NCBI GenBank assembly: GCA_963815585.1
Contig: CAWFHJ010000020.1
Location: 88,673 to 152,672 of the forward strand
DNA length: 64,000 nt
Origin: an uncultured Actinomycetota bacterium
GTDB taxonomy: Bacteria > Actinomycetota > Actinomycetes > Propionibacteriales > Nocardioidaceae
Reading direction: 5' to 3'
In this document: positions 36,983-46,576 of the stretch, piece by piece
Layout of the letters: each line of letters begins with the position of its first letter
Numbering within the stretch: the first letter of the stretch is position 1
The notes under the pieces: model-generated
What the model was told of the DNA's origin: nothing
Seen by the model: the letters and a program-made list of their open reading frames with translations, nothing else
The model's database searches: none
Program-made: the position numbers and the translations under genes

Positions 36983-38715
36983 GCCGCCTCCTCCGCGCTC
37001 ATCTGGGAGCTGACGATCTCCTGGTAGGTCTCGCAGTCCGCCAGCAGCTCGTGGTGGGTGCCGCGGCCGACCACGCGCCCGTCCTCGAGCACGATGATCA
37101 TGTCGGCGTCGATGATCGTGGTGACCCGCTGCGCGACGATCAGCACGGTCGCGTCGGTCGTGGTCGGCTTGAGCGCGGCGCGCAGCCGGGCGTCGGTGGC
37201 GAGGTCGAGCGCCGAGAACGAGTCGTCGAACAGGTAGATCCCCGGCCGGCGGATCAGCGCCCGCGCGATCGCCAGCCGCTGCTTCTGGCCGCCGGAGAAG
37301 TTGGTGCCGCCCTGCGCCACCGTCGCGTCCAGGCCCTCGGGCATCGCTTCCACGAAGTCCCGGGCCTGCGCCACCTCCAGCGCCGCCCAGATCTCCTCCT
37401 CGGTGGCCGCGGGCCGACCGTGCAGGAGGTTGCTGCGGATCGTGCCGGAGAAGAGGTACGCCGTCTGCGGCACCAGCCCGAGCTGTTCCCAGAGCAGTTC
37501 CGGGTCGAGGCGTCGTACGTCGGTGCCGCCCACCTGGACGCTGCCGTCGGTGGCGTCGAAGAGCCGGGGCACCAGGTTGACCAGGGTGGACTTGCCGGCG
37601 CCCGTGGAGCCGATCACGGCGATGGTCTGGCCGGGGCGGGCGGAGAGCGAGATGTCGTGCAGAACCGGCTCGTCGGCGCCCGGGTAGGAGAACGTCACGT
37701 GCTGCAGGTCGAGCCAGCCGCGGCGGTCGGGGTCGGGCGTCTCCGGCACCTCGGGAGGTACGACGGAGGAGCGCGTGTCGAGCACCTCGCCGATCCGGTC
37801 GCCGCAGACCGAGGCCCGCGGCACCATCATCAGCATGAACGTCGCCATCATCACCGACATCAGGATCTGCATCAGGTAGGACAGGAACGCGGTCAGTGCG
37901 CCGACCTGCATCTGGCCGCTGTCGACGCGATGCCCGCCGAACCAGATCACCGCGACGCTGGAGACGTTCACGACCAGCATCACCAGCGGGAACATGGTCG
38001 CCATCCAGCGCCCGGCCTTCACGGCGACCTCGGTGAGGTCGTCGTTGGCGGTGCCGAACCGGCGGGCCTCGAAGGGCTCCCGCACGAACGCACGCACGAC
38101 ACGGATGCCGGTGATCTGCTCACGCAGCACGCGGTTGACCTCGTCGATCCGGGACTGCATCTTGCGGAAGTTCGGCACCATCCGGCTGACCACGAAGCCG
38201 ACGCTCAGGAACAACGCCGGCACCACGACAGCCAGGATCCAGCCGAGCCCGACGTCCTCGCGCAGCGCCATCACCACGCCGCCGACCATCATGATCGGCG
38301 CCGAGACGGCGATCGTGCAGGCCATCAGGACCAGCATCTGCACCTGCTGCACGTCGTTCGTCGTACGCGTGATCAGCGACGGCGCCCCGAAGTCCTGGAC
38401 CTCGCGCGTGGAGAACGTGCCGACCCGATGGAACAGCTCCGCGCGCACGTCGCGGCCGAACGACATCGCCGTCCGCGCGCCGAACCAGACCGCGGTGACC
38501 GAGCAGACGATCTGCACCAGCGAGACCGCCAGCATCATGCCGCCGGTGCGCACGATGTAGCCGGTGTCGCCGACGGTGATGCCCTTGTCGATGATGTCCG
38601 CGTTGAGGCTGGGCAGGTAGAGCATCGCGACGACGCCGACGAACTGCAGGACGACGACCGCGGTCAGGTAGGTGCGGTACGGCGCCAGCCGTTCGCGCAG
38701 GAGCGAGACGAGCAT
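36979..38715 (-). CDS. ABC exporter ATP-binding/permease subunit (heterodimer partner)
   Basis: TMD plus GSTGAGKS, FSGGQKQR, LFDDSFSALD, AQR (degenerate site). Confidence 0.96.
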   Translation of the reverse strand: MLVSLLRERLAPYRTYLTAVVVLQFVGVVAMLYLPSLNADIIDKGITVGDTGYIVRTGGMMLAVSLVQIVCSVTAVWFGARTAMSFGRDVRAELFHRVGTFSTREVQDFGAPSLITRTTNDVQQVQMLVLMACTIAVSAPIMMVGGVVMALREDVGLGWILAVVVPALFLSVGFVVSRMVPNFRKMQSRIDEVNRVLREQITGIRVVRAFVREPFEARRFGTANDDLTEVAVKAGRWMATMFPLVMLVVNVSSVAVIWFGGHRVDSGQMQVGALTAFLSYLMQILMSVMMATFMLMMVPRASVCGDRIGEVLDTRSSVVPPEVPETPDPDRRGWLDLQHVTFSYPGADEPVLHDISLSARPGQTIAVIGSTGAGKSTLVNLVPRLFDATDGSVQVGGTDVRRLDPELLWEQLGLVPQTAYLFSGTIRSNLLHGRPAATEEEIWAALEVAQARDFVEAMPEGLDATVAQGGTNFSGGQKQRLAIARALIRRPGIYLFDDSFSALDLATDARLRAALKPTTTDATVLIVAQRVTTIIDADMIIVLEDGRVVGRGTHHELLADCETYQEIVSSQMSAEEAA

Positions 38716-38716
38716 G

Positions 38717-39334
38717 TCAGTCCTTTCCCCGTGTGGATCGCGGAGTGGCCCGCACCCCGTCGAGCATCACGTCGGCGACCTCGTCGGGAGTCAGCAGGTA
38801 GTCGGCGTGGGCGCCGGGATGGCGTTGGCCGAGCACCAGGCTCCGCAGCACCGCGGCGGCGATCTCGGGCTCGACGCTGAGCTCGCCGCGGTGCGGCTCG
38901 AACAGCTCGACGAGCCCGGACATCAGCGCCCGGTTCGCATCGATCATGAACTGCGGCGGCCTGCCGGGCGAATGAGTTTTGTCATGCACCCAGACCCCGC
39001 GCATCGCCATCATCACCGCCATCACCCGCTGTGAGCGCTCGAGCAGGTGGTCGGCCGTGCGGACGATCTTCGACCGCAGGTCGGGGGCACCCTCGAGGGC
39101 GGCGTGGAGCTCGGCGAGCTCGACCTCGGGGTCGAGCGTCTGCTCCGCGGCAGCCGTCCAGAGCGCGGCCTTGTCGGGGAAGACCCGGAAGATCGTGCCC
39201 TCGGCGATCCCGGCGGCCTCCGCGATCTGGCGGGTGGAGACATCGCTGCCGTGCTCGAGCAGCAGCGGCACGACGACGCCGACGATCGCCTTGCGGCGTT
39301 CGTCGGCGGACATCGGGGCGGCACGCGGGGTCAT
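38717..39334 (-). CDS. TetR/AcrR family regulator
   Basis: STRQIAEAAGIAEGTIFRVFPDK; ATG 39334, probably leaderless (CATACT -10 just upstream). Confidence 0.92.
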   Translation of the reverse strand: MTPRAAPMSADERRKAIVGVVVPLLLEHGSDVSTRQIAEAAGIAEGTIFRVFPDKAALWTAAAEQTLDPEVELAELHAALEGAPDLRSKIVRTADHLLERSQRVMAVMMAMRGVWVHDKTHSPGRPPQFMIDANRALMSGLVELFEPHRGELSVEPEIAAAVLRSLVLGQRHPGAHADYLLTPDEVADVMLDGVRATPRSTRGKD

Positions 39335-39347
39335 CCGTCGAGTATGA

Positions 39348-39367
39348 ATGAGTGAGCGCTCACTCAT
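39348..39367. promoter_or_regulatory. Perfect 20-bp palindrome, probable TetR operator
   Basis: ATGAGTGAGCGCTCACTCAT immediately upstream of the tetR-ABC operon. Confidence 0.8.
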
Positions 39368-39398
39368 CAAGTGCTTTCTCGATCTTCCGGTGCGCGTC

Positions 39399-39473
39399 GT
39401 TTCCCCACAGTTGTTGGGAAATGGCACGGAACTTCACGAATCTCGTGCAGTTCCGGGACAAGTGTGGGGAAAC
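39399..39473. repeat. 75-bp nested hairpin (possible terminator or palindromic element)
   Basis: GTTTCCCCACA/TGTGGGGAAAC arms; inner GGAACT-CACGA/TCGTG-AGTTCC. Confidence 0.75.
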
Positions 39474-39507
39474 CGCAGCCCCCGGGAACCCGCAAGCTGG
39501 CACCCCG

Positions 39508-40161
39508 TCACGGGGCAAGCCGATCCACCACCCAGCCGTCGCCGTCACGCGCGTAGCGCAGCCGGTCGTGCATCCGACCGCGCCTGCCCTGCCAGAACTC
39601 CACGGTCTCCGGGTGCACGACGTAGCCGCCCCAGCTCGGCGGGCACGGCACGTCTCCCCCGTCGAACCGCTGCTCCGCGGCGTCGTACGCCGCCTGGAGC
39701 GCGGCCTGCCCGGAGACCACCGACGACTGGGCGGCCGGCGACACCGAGGCCCACGCGCCGATCTGGGAGGGCCGCGGCCGGTCGGCGAAGTACGCCTCCG
39801 ACACCTCGCGCGCGACCTGCGCCGCCGTGCCGTCGACGCGCACCTGGCGCTCGAGGTCGTGCCAGGGGAGCAGCAGCGAGCAGGCCGGGGTGGCCGCGAG
39901 GTCGGATGCCTTCTGCGAGGCGTAGTTGGTGAAGAACACGAACCCGTCCTCGTCGTACCCCTTCAGCAGCACCATCCGCGACGACGGCCGGCCCTCGGCC
40001 GACACCGTCGAGACCACCATCGCGTTGGGCTCGCCGATGCCGGCGTCGACGGCGTCGTCGAACCAGCGGCCGAACATGGTGACCGGGTCGTCGGCCAGGT
40101 CGGACTCCGACAGTCCGCGGTCGGCGTACTCGTGACGGAGGCTGCGCAGGTCGGTACCCAT
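39508..40161 (-). CDS. pdxH: Pyridoxamine 5'-phosphate oxidase
   Basis: EPNAMVVST, RMVLLKG, FFTNYASQK, VEFWQGR..RMHDR, RLAP. Confidence 0.96.
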   Translation of the reverse strand: MGTDLRSLRHEYADRGLSESDLADDPVTMFGRWFDDAVDAGIGEPNAMVVSTVSAEGRPSSRMVLLKGYDEDGFVFFTNYASQKASDLAATPACSLLLPWHDLERQVRVDGTAAQVAREVSEAYFADRPRPSQIGAWASVSPAAQSSVVSGQAALQAAYDAAEQRFDGGDVPCPPSWGGYVVHPETVEFWQGRRGRMHDRLRYARDGDGWVVDRLAP

Positions 40162-40233
40162 GTCGCCGAGCGTATGACGACTGACACAATGCCGAGGCTG
40201 GGCCGAACGTGCCCGGCCATGAAGGAGCGGAAC

Positions 40234-41340
40234 ATGACCGAGGTGCACCACGGACTCGAGGGCGTGGTCGCGTTCGAGACCGAGATCGCCGAGCCGGACA
40301 AGGAAGGCTCGGCCCTCCGTTACCGCGGTGTCGACATCGAGGAGATCGTCGGCCGGGTTCCGTTCGAGAAGGTGTGGGGGCTGCTGATCGACGGCAGCTA
40401 CGACCCGGGCCTGCCCCCCGCCGAGCCCTACAACATCCCGATCCACACCGGTGACGTCCGCGCCGACGTCCAGGCCGGTGTGGCGATGCTCGCCCCGCAG
40501 CTGGGCATGAAGCAGACCTACGACATCAGCGACGACGAGGCGCGCACCGACCTGAGCCGGGTCGCCGTGATGGTGCTCTCGTACGCCGCCCAGGCGGCGC
40601 GCGGTCTCGGCCAGCCGATCGTGCCGCAGCGCGAGGTGGACAAGGGCGCCACGCTCGCTGAGCGGTTCCTGATCCGGTGGAAGGACGACCCGGATCCCAA
40701 GCACGTCAAGGCGATCGACGCCTACTGGTCGTCCGCGGCCGAGCACGGCATGAACGCCTCCACGTTCACCGCGCGCGTCATCACCTCGACCGGCGCTGAC
40801 GTCGCGGCCGCCTTCTCGGGAGCGATCGGCGCGATGAGCGGCCCGCTCCACGGCGGCGCCCCGTCCCGCGTCCTGCACATGATCGAGGAGGTCGAGAAGT
40901 CCGGCGACGCGGCCGGCTACGTCAAGGGCCTGCTCGACAACGGCGAGCGGCTGATGGGCTTCGGCCACCGGGTCTACCGCGCCGAGGACCCGCGCGCCCG
41001 TGTGCTGCGCCGTACGGCGAAGGAGCTCGACGCGCCTCGCTACGAGGTCGCCGAGGCACTCGAGAAGGCGGCGCTCAAGGAGCTCAAGGAGCGGCGTCCC
41101 GACCGGGTGCTCGAGACCAACGTGGAGTTCTGGGCGGCGATCGTCCTCGACTTCGCCGAGGTGCCGCCGACCATGTTCACCTCGATGTTCACGTGTGCAC
41201 GCACGGCCGGCTGGTCGGCGCACATCCTCGAGCAGAAGCGCACCGGTCGGCTGATCCGGCCCTCCGCGATCTACACCGGCCCGGCCGAGCGCAAGGCCAG
41301 CGAGGTCAATGGCTGGGACGACGCCTGGGGCAAGGACTAG
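40234..41340 (+). CDS. citA: Citrate synthase 2
   Basis: GLEGVVAFETEIAEPD, AEHGMNAST, GPLHGGA, MGFGHRVY, NVEF. Confidence 0.96.
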   Translation: MTEVHHGLEGVVAFETEIAEPDKEGSALRYRGVDIEEIVGRVPFEKVWGLLIDGSYDPGLPPAEPYNIPIHTGDVRADVQAGVAMLAPQLGMKQTYDISDDEARTDLSRVAVMVLSYAAQAARGLGQPIVPQREVDKGATLAERFLIRWKDDPDPKHVKAIDAYWSSAAEHGMNASTFTARVITSTGADVAAAFSGAIGAMSGPLHGGAPSRVLHMIEEVEKSGDAAGYVKGLLDNGERLMGFGHRVYRAEDPRARVLRRTAKELDAPRYEVAEALEKAALKELKERRPDRVLETNVEFWAAIVLDFAEVPPTMFTSMFTCARTAGWSAHILEQKRTGRLIRPSAIYTGPAERKASEVNGWDDAWGKD

Positions 41341-41432
41341 GGCGGGACGGACGTCCAGACCACTCCCCGGCGAGCGTCGGCTGGCATTGGCGCGAGACCA
41401 AGCCGACGGTGCCCTGCCTGGCGTTCTTCGTG

Positions 41433-41510
41433 TTCATCGCGCTCGCGGAGCGGGTGACGGGAAGGCACCTCGGCGCGTTCTTCGACGCCTGGCTCCTACA
41501 CCCCGCACAT
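41433..41510 (+). pseudogene. Remnant of an M1 aminopeptidase C-terminus
   Basis: FIALAERVTGRHLGAFFDAWLLHPAHP resembles the end of actinobacterial M1 peptidases; no 5' part or start codon. Confidence 0.55.
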
Positions 41511-41536
41511 CCGCGCCGCCGAGGCCCGCTGACCGG

Positions 41537-41646
41537 GGTCTCGACAAGCTCGACCGCCGCGAGTCTCGACAAGCTCGACCGCCCGGGGTCTCGACAAGCT
41601 CGACCGCCCGAGTCTCGACAAGCTCGAGCGCCGGAGTCTCGAAACC
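41537..41646. repeat. Four tandem copies plus a partial of the REP-like motif GTCTCGACAAGCTCGACC, 24-25 bp period
   Basis: Copies at about 41537, 41562, 41587 and 41611; between convergent citA and GNAT genes. Confidence 0.93.
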
Positions 41647-41650
41647 TCCG

Positions 41651-42136
41651 TCAGCTGACTCGGGGCGTGAGGCGGCGCGCGAAGCAGCGGGACAGCGCCG
41701 CTTCTCGGTAGTAGCCGAACCCCGGGATCTCGGAGTAGCCCGACGACTCGTACATCGCGATCGCCTCGGGCTGACGCAGGCCCGTCTCGAGCACGATCAC
41801 CTCGATGCCGGCTGCTGCCGCCGTCTGCTCGAGGTGCGCCAGCATCTGCCGGGCCAGACCCTGGCCGCGATGGTCGGCGACCACGTACATCCGCTTGATC
41901 TCCGCGGTCTCCGTGGCGCCGTGCGCCTCGACGTCCGAGCGGCGTCGCCAGGCACCGGTCGCGACCGGGGTGCGCCCGTCGTACCCCACGAAGAAGGCGC
42001 CGTCCGGCTCCTCGAAGTAGCCGGCCGGGATCGGGGTGTCGTCCCGGCTTCCGTAGCGCGTCACGTACTCCTCCTGCACCTGCTCGACCAGCAGGGCCGC
42101 GTCGGGGTGCGTGATCGGGCGCGGGTGGATCTGCAC
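41651..42136 (-). CDS. GNAT family N-acetyltransferase
   Basis: AEIKRMYV...RGQGLAR, LETGLRQPEAIAMYESSGY. Confidence 0.9.
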   Translation of the reverse strand: MQIHPRPITHPDAALLVEQVQEEYVTRYGSRDDTPIPAGYFEEPDGAFFVGYDGRTPVATGAWRRRSDVEAHGATETAEIKRMYVVADHRGQGLARQMLAHLEQTAAAAGIEVIVLETGLRQPEAIAMYESSGYSEIPGFGYYREAALSRCFARRLTPRVS

Positions 42137-42188
42137 GGCCGCAGCCTGCCACGGGCTGGACCGGTGCCGCGCGGAGACTCCCTGCTGA

Positions 42189-43322
<1,134 letters not shown>

Positions 43323-43337
43323 GCCCGGACGAACGGC

Positions 43338-43481
43338 TCAGCCGTGCACGCTGGACGCCACGGCCGTGGCGTCCAGCGATATCACCAGGCTGAGAATCAT
43401 CAGGAGCAGTGCGAGGGACAACGCCACCGCACGACCGTTGAGGCGGTTGCCCAGGTGCTTGATGACCGAGGTCAGGTCCAC
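43338..43481 (-). CDS. 47-aa small membrane protein
   Basis: GGAAGGGAG RBS, GTG 43481; MDLTSVIKHLGNRLNGR followed by one hydrophobic helix. Confidence 0.6.
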   Translation of the reverse strand: MDLTSVIKHLGNRLNGRAVALSLALLLMILSLVISLDATAVASSVHG

Positions 43482-43705
43482 GGTGCAGGCTCCCTTCCGT
43501 CTCGCGGGTGTGACTCCATGCTGAGGGCCGTTTCCGAGCCTGGGCAATAGTTCGTCCGGGGCTGACTTTTTGCAGTGCACAAAGATGCAATTGTGGCCGC
43601 GAGCTCCGGTCGAGACAGGGCCGACAGGGACACGCGGGACAAAGCGGACATCGGGCAACAACGCCTGGCCGGGAAGAAGCGGGAGCCGGCGGAGGTTGGC
43701 TCCGC

Positions 43706-44074
43706 ATGACCCGTGAGCAGAAGATCCCGGACGCGTCCCACCCGATCACCGTCGAGCCGGCCGGCCAGCACGTGCGCGTGCTCGTCGGCGACACGCTGAT
43801 CGGCGAGTCCGACAACGCGCTGACCCTGCAGGAGGCGTCCTACCCGGCCGTGCTCTACGTGCCGGTCGAGGACCTCGACCAGTCGCTGCTGTCGACCACC
43901 GACACCTCGACGTACTGCCCGTTCAAGGGGGACGCGTCGTACTACGCGATCACCACCGACGACGTGACCGTCGACGACGCGGGCTGGTACTACCCGGACC
44001 CGTACGACGCCGTGTCGCCGATCGCGAACCACGTGGCGTTCTACCCCGACCGCGCCACCGTCGTCACGAGCTGA
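43706..44074 (+). CDS. DUF427 family protein
   Basis: LQEASYPAVLYVP, TYCPFKGDASYY, AGWYYPDP, HVAFYP. Confidence 0.93.
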   Translation: MTREQKIPDASHPITVEPAGQHVRVLVGDTLIGESDNALTLQEASYPAVLYVPVEDLDQSLLSTTDTSTYCPFKGDASYYAITTDDVTVDDAGWYYPDPYDAVSPIANHVAFYPDRATVVTS

Positions 44075-44094
44075 CCGCCGCAGAACGTTGGGGC

Positions 44095-44589
44095 TCAGCC
44101 GACTGCGGCGCTGATCGCGTCGAACGCCCGGCGGCCGAAGGCGACCAGCCGGATCTCCTCGACCTCGGTCGGGGTGCTGCGGAGGGTGTCGACGGCGGCC
44201 GCGACCGCGTCGTCGTAGGGCCAGCCGTAGGCGCCGGCGGACACCAGCGGGAAGGCGAGCGTGCGTGCGCCGATCTCGTCGGCGACGTGGAGCGCGTTGG
44301 CGTAGCAGGAGGTCAGCAGCGCGCGGTCCTTCTGGCCACGGTTCCAGTCGGGGCCGACCACGTGGATCACCCACCGGGCGAGCATCTCCCCCGCGGTCGT
44401 CCACCCGGCCTCGCCGGTCTCCAGCCCGTCGGGGAACCGTCGCCGGCAGTCCGCCAGCACCTCAGGGCCGCCGGCACGATGGATGGCCCCGTCCACCCCG
44501 CCGCCGCCCCGCATCATCGAGTTGGCGGCGTTCACCACGGCGTCGACGTCCTGCTCGGTGATGTCGCCCTCGACGACCGTGAGGTTCAC
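44095..44589 (-). CDS. Macro domain O-acetyl-ADP-ribose deacetylase (YmdB-like)
   Basis: GDITEQDVDAVVNAAN, GGGGVDGAIHRAGG, VIHVVGP, AFPLVSAGAYG. Confidence 0.95.
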   Translation of the reverse strand: MNLTVVEGDITEQDVDAVVNAANSMMRGGGGVDGAIHRAGGPEVLADCRRRFPDGLETGEAGWTTAGEMLARWVIHVVGPDWNRGQKDRALLTSCYANALHVADEIGARTLAFPLVSAGAYGWPYDDAVAAAVDTLRSTPTEVEEIRLVAFGRRAFDAISAAVG

Positions 44590-45629
44590 GGGCCCTTCCG
44601 CCGACGGGCGGCACGGGTCAGCGACTCGGGCGACGTGTTCAGCAGCCGCAGCACCGCCTTCTCCATCGCGGCCTGCCGCTTCTCGGGGTCGCGGTGCTTG
44701 CGCTCCAGGGCGGCCGCGATCGTGACGCCGTCCTCGTAGAGGTCGATCACCCGCGGGTCGACGTAGGAGTTGCGGGCGATCGTCGGGGTGTTGCCGAGGA
44801 ACTCGGCCACCTCCTTCATCGCGCCGCTGATGGCTCGCTTGCGCGAGGCCTTGGTGTCACCCGGCTCGTCACTCGCGGCCAGCGCAGCGGCGGCGAGCAC
44901 CGTCGCGTGCCAGGTGCGGAAGTCCTTCGCGGTGAGCTCGTCTCCGACGCTCTCGCGGAGATAGTCGTTGACCGTGGAGGCGTCGAGGTCCGACCAGCGC
45001 TTGACGTCCTTGTACGCCATCAGCCGGTCGCTGCCGCCACGCCGCCGCCGCATCGTCTCCACCGCCGCCACGGCCAGCCCGTCGTCGATCTCGATCCGGT
45101 GCTCGACGCCTGACTTGCCGACGAAGTCGAAGACCAGGACGTTGCCCTGCCGGGTCACGTGCCGCCGCTCCAGGGTGGTCAGCCCGAACGACTCCCCCTC
45201 GGCGGAGTAGGCGTCGCTGCCGATCCGGAAGTACCCCAGGTCCAGGAGGCGTACGGCGGTCGCGGCCGCCCGCTCCTTGCTCATGCCGTCCTCGCTGAGG
45301 TGCTCGGCCAGGGCCAGCCGGGCCCTCGGCAGCCGCTTCGCGACCTTCGTGACCCGCGCGAACTTCAGCTCGTCGCGCTTGGCCCGCCAGTCCGGGTGGT
45401 ACAGGTACTGGCGCCGACCGGCGTCGTCGACACCCACCGCCTGGATGTGGCCGTTGGCCGCCGGGCAGATCCAGACGTCCTGCCACGCGGGCGGGATCAC
45501 GAGCGCCTTGATCCGCTCCACCTGCGGCTTGTCGAGACGGTCACCCTTCTCGTCGAGGTAGACGAAGCCCTTGCCCGCGCGACGGCGGGTCCAGCCCTTG
45601 TCGTTGGGCGAGACGTTGCGCAGCCGCAT
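44586..45629 (-). CDS. DNA topoisomerase IB (poxvirus-like bacterial type)
   Basis: IPPAWQDVWIC, GRRQYLYH, FRIG, GKSG, KDFRTW, LGNT, SYV catalytic pentad. Confidence 0.95.
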   Translation of the reverse strand: MRLRNVSPNDKGWTRRRAGKGFVYLDEKGDRLDKPQVERIKALVIPPAWQDVWICPAANGHIQAVGVDDAGRRQYLYHPDWRAKRDELKFARVTKVAKRLPRARLALAEHLSEDGMSKERAAATAVRLLDLGYFRIGSDAYSAEGESFGLTTLERRHVTRQGNVLVFDFVGKSGVEHRIEIDDGLAVAAVETMRRRRGGSDRLMAYKDVKRWSDLDASTVNDYLRESVGDELTAKDFRTWHATVLAAAALAASDEPGDTKASRKRAISGAMKEVAEFLGNTPTIARNSYVDPRVIDLYEDGVTIAAALERKHRDPEKRQAAMEKAVLRLLNTSPESLTRAARRRKGP

Positions 45630-46576
45630 CAGCGGCGCGCCCGCCGGCGCGCGATCGCGCCCATCGCGACGAGGCCCACGGCGATCGCGCCGAGCACCGC
45701 CCAGAACGGTCCTTGCCCGGTGTCGTCCACCGGTCCATCCTCTCGGGGCGCCACCGACGTGTCATCCGCCCGCGAGGGTGAGGGCGACGGGCCGAGCGGC
45801 GCCGTGAGGTGCGTCGGAATCACGATCTGCAGCACCCGCGAGTGGTCCCCCTCGGTGCCGATCCGGATCCGGCCGCCGGGTCCGACCGAGATCGACTCCC
45901 CCTGTCGCTGCGCCGGGAGCGGGAAGCTCCCGAGCCGGCGGAAGTCCGGGATCGTGTAGAGCGCCGCTGAGAAGTAGCCGCGCACCACGGCATGCCTGCC
46001 GTCGCGCAGCACCGCCCCGTCGGTGGCGGTGAGCCCGAGGGTGGTGACCCGCCGCAGCCGGTTCGGGCGGTCGGCGCGCAGCCGTCGCGGGGCCGCGAAG
46101 ACGACCGCGCTCAGCGGGGCCTTGGTGACGATGTAGAGCCTGCCGGCCGGCCCGATCAGGAGGGTCTCGGCGTCGTGGGGCCCGTCCGGGTAGACGAGGT
46201 GGTACGCCGGGACGTCGACCGTGCGGTCACCACGACCGACCGGCACGCGGCGCACCACGACGTCGCGGCGCCGCACGAGGTTGTCCCCGATGTCACCGAC
46301 CCAGACCATCCCCGGCCGGCGCGCGGGCGCCATCGCCTCGGCGTCGTCGGACTCCCCGTAGCGCGTGGTGCCCACCGTGCGCCCGGACCGGTCCACGACA
46401 TAGACGATGCCGGCGTCGCCCGAGTCGTTCGAGGTCGCCATCAGCCCGTGACCGAGGTCGACCAGGGCACTCGACTCATTGATCCGGGAGTCCTGGAAGC
46501 TGAAGACGGTGACCGGGTCGCCGGCACCGGTCAGCCCCAGCGACGCGACCAGCAGCGAGGTCGCGATCAGGTTCAC
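45629..46576 (-). CDS. Secreted, C-terminally anchored hypothetical protein (beta-propeller/phytase-esterase-like)
   Basis: Signal peptide; ESSAL, NDSGD, DAEAM, GDIGDN, DAETL, IVTK, TDG, QGESI; C-terminal TM segment plus RRRARR. Confidence 0.75.
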   Translation of the reverse strand: MNLIATSLLVASLGLTGAGDPVTVFSFQDSRINESSALVDLGHGLMATSNDSGDAGIVYVVDRSGRTVGTTRYGESDDAEAMAPARRPGMVWVGDIGDNLVRRRDVVVRRVPVGRGDRTVDVPAYHLVYPDGPHDAETLLIGPAGRLYIVTKAPLSAVVFAAPRRLRADRPNRLRRVTTLGLTATDGAVLRDGRHAVVRGYFSAALYTIPDFRRLGSFPLPAQRQGESISVGPGGRIRIGTEGDHSRVLQIVIPTHLTAPLGPSPSPSRADDTSVAPREDGPVDDTGQGPFWAVLGAIAVGLVAMGAIARRRARR

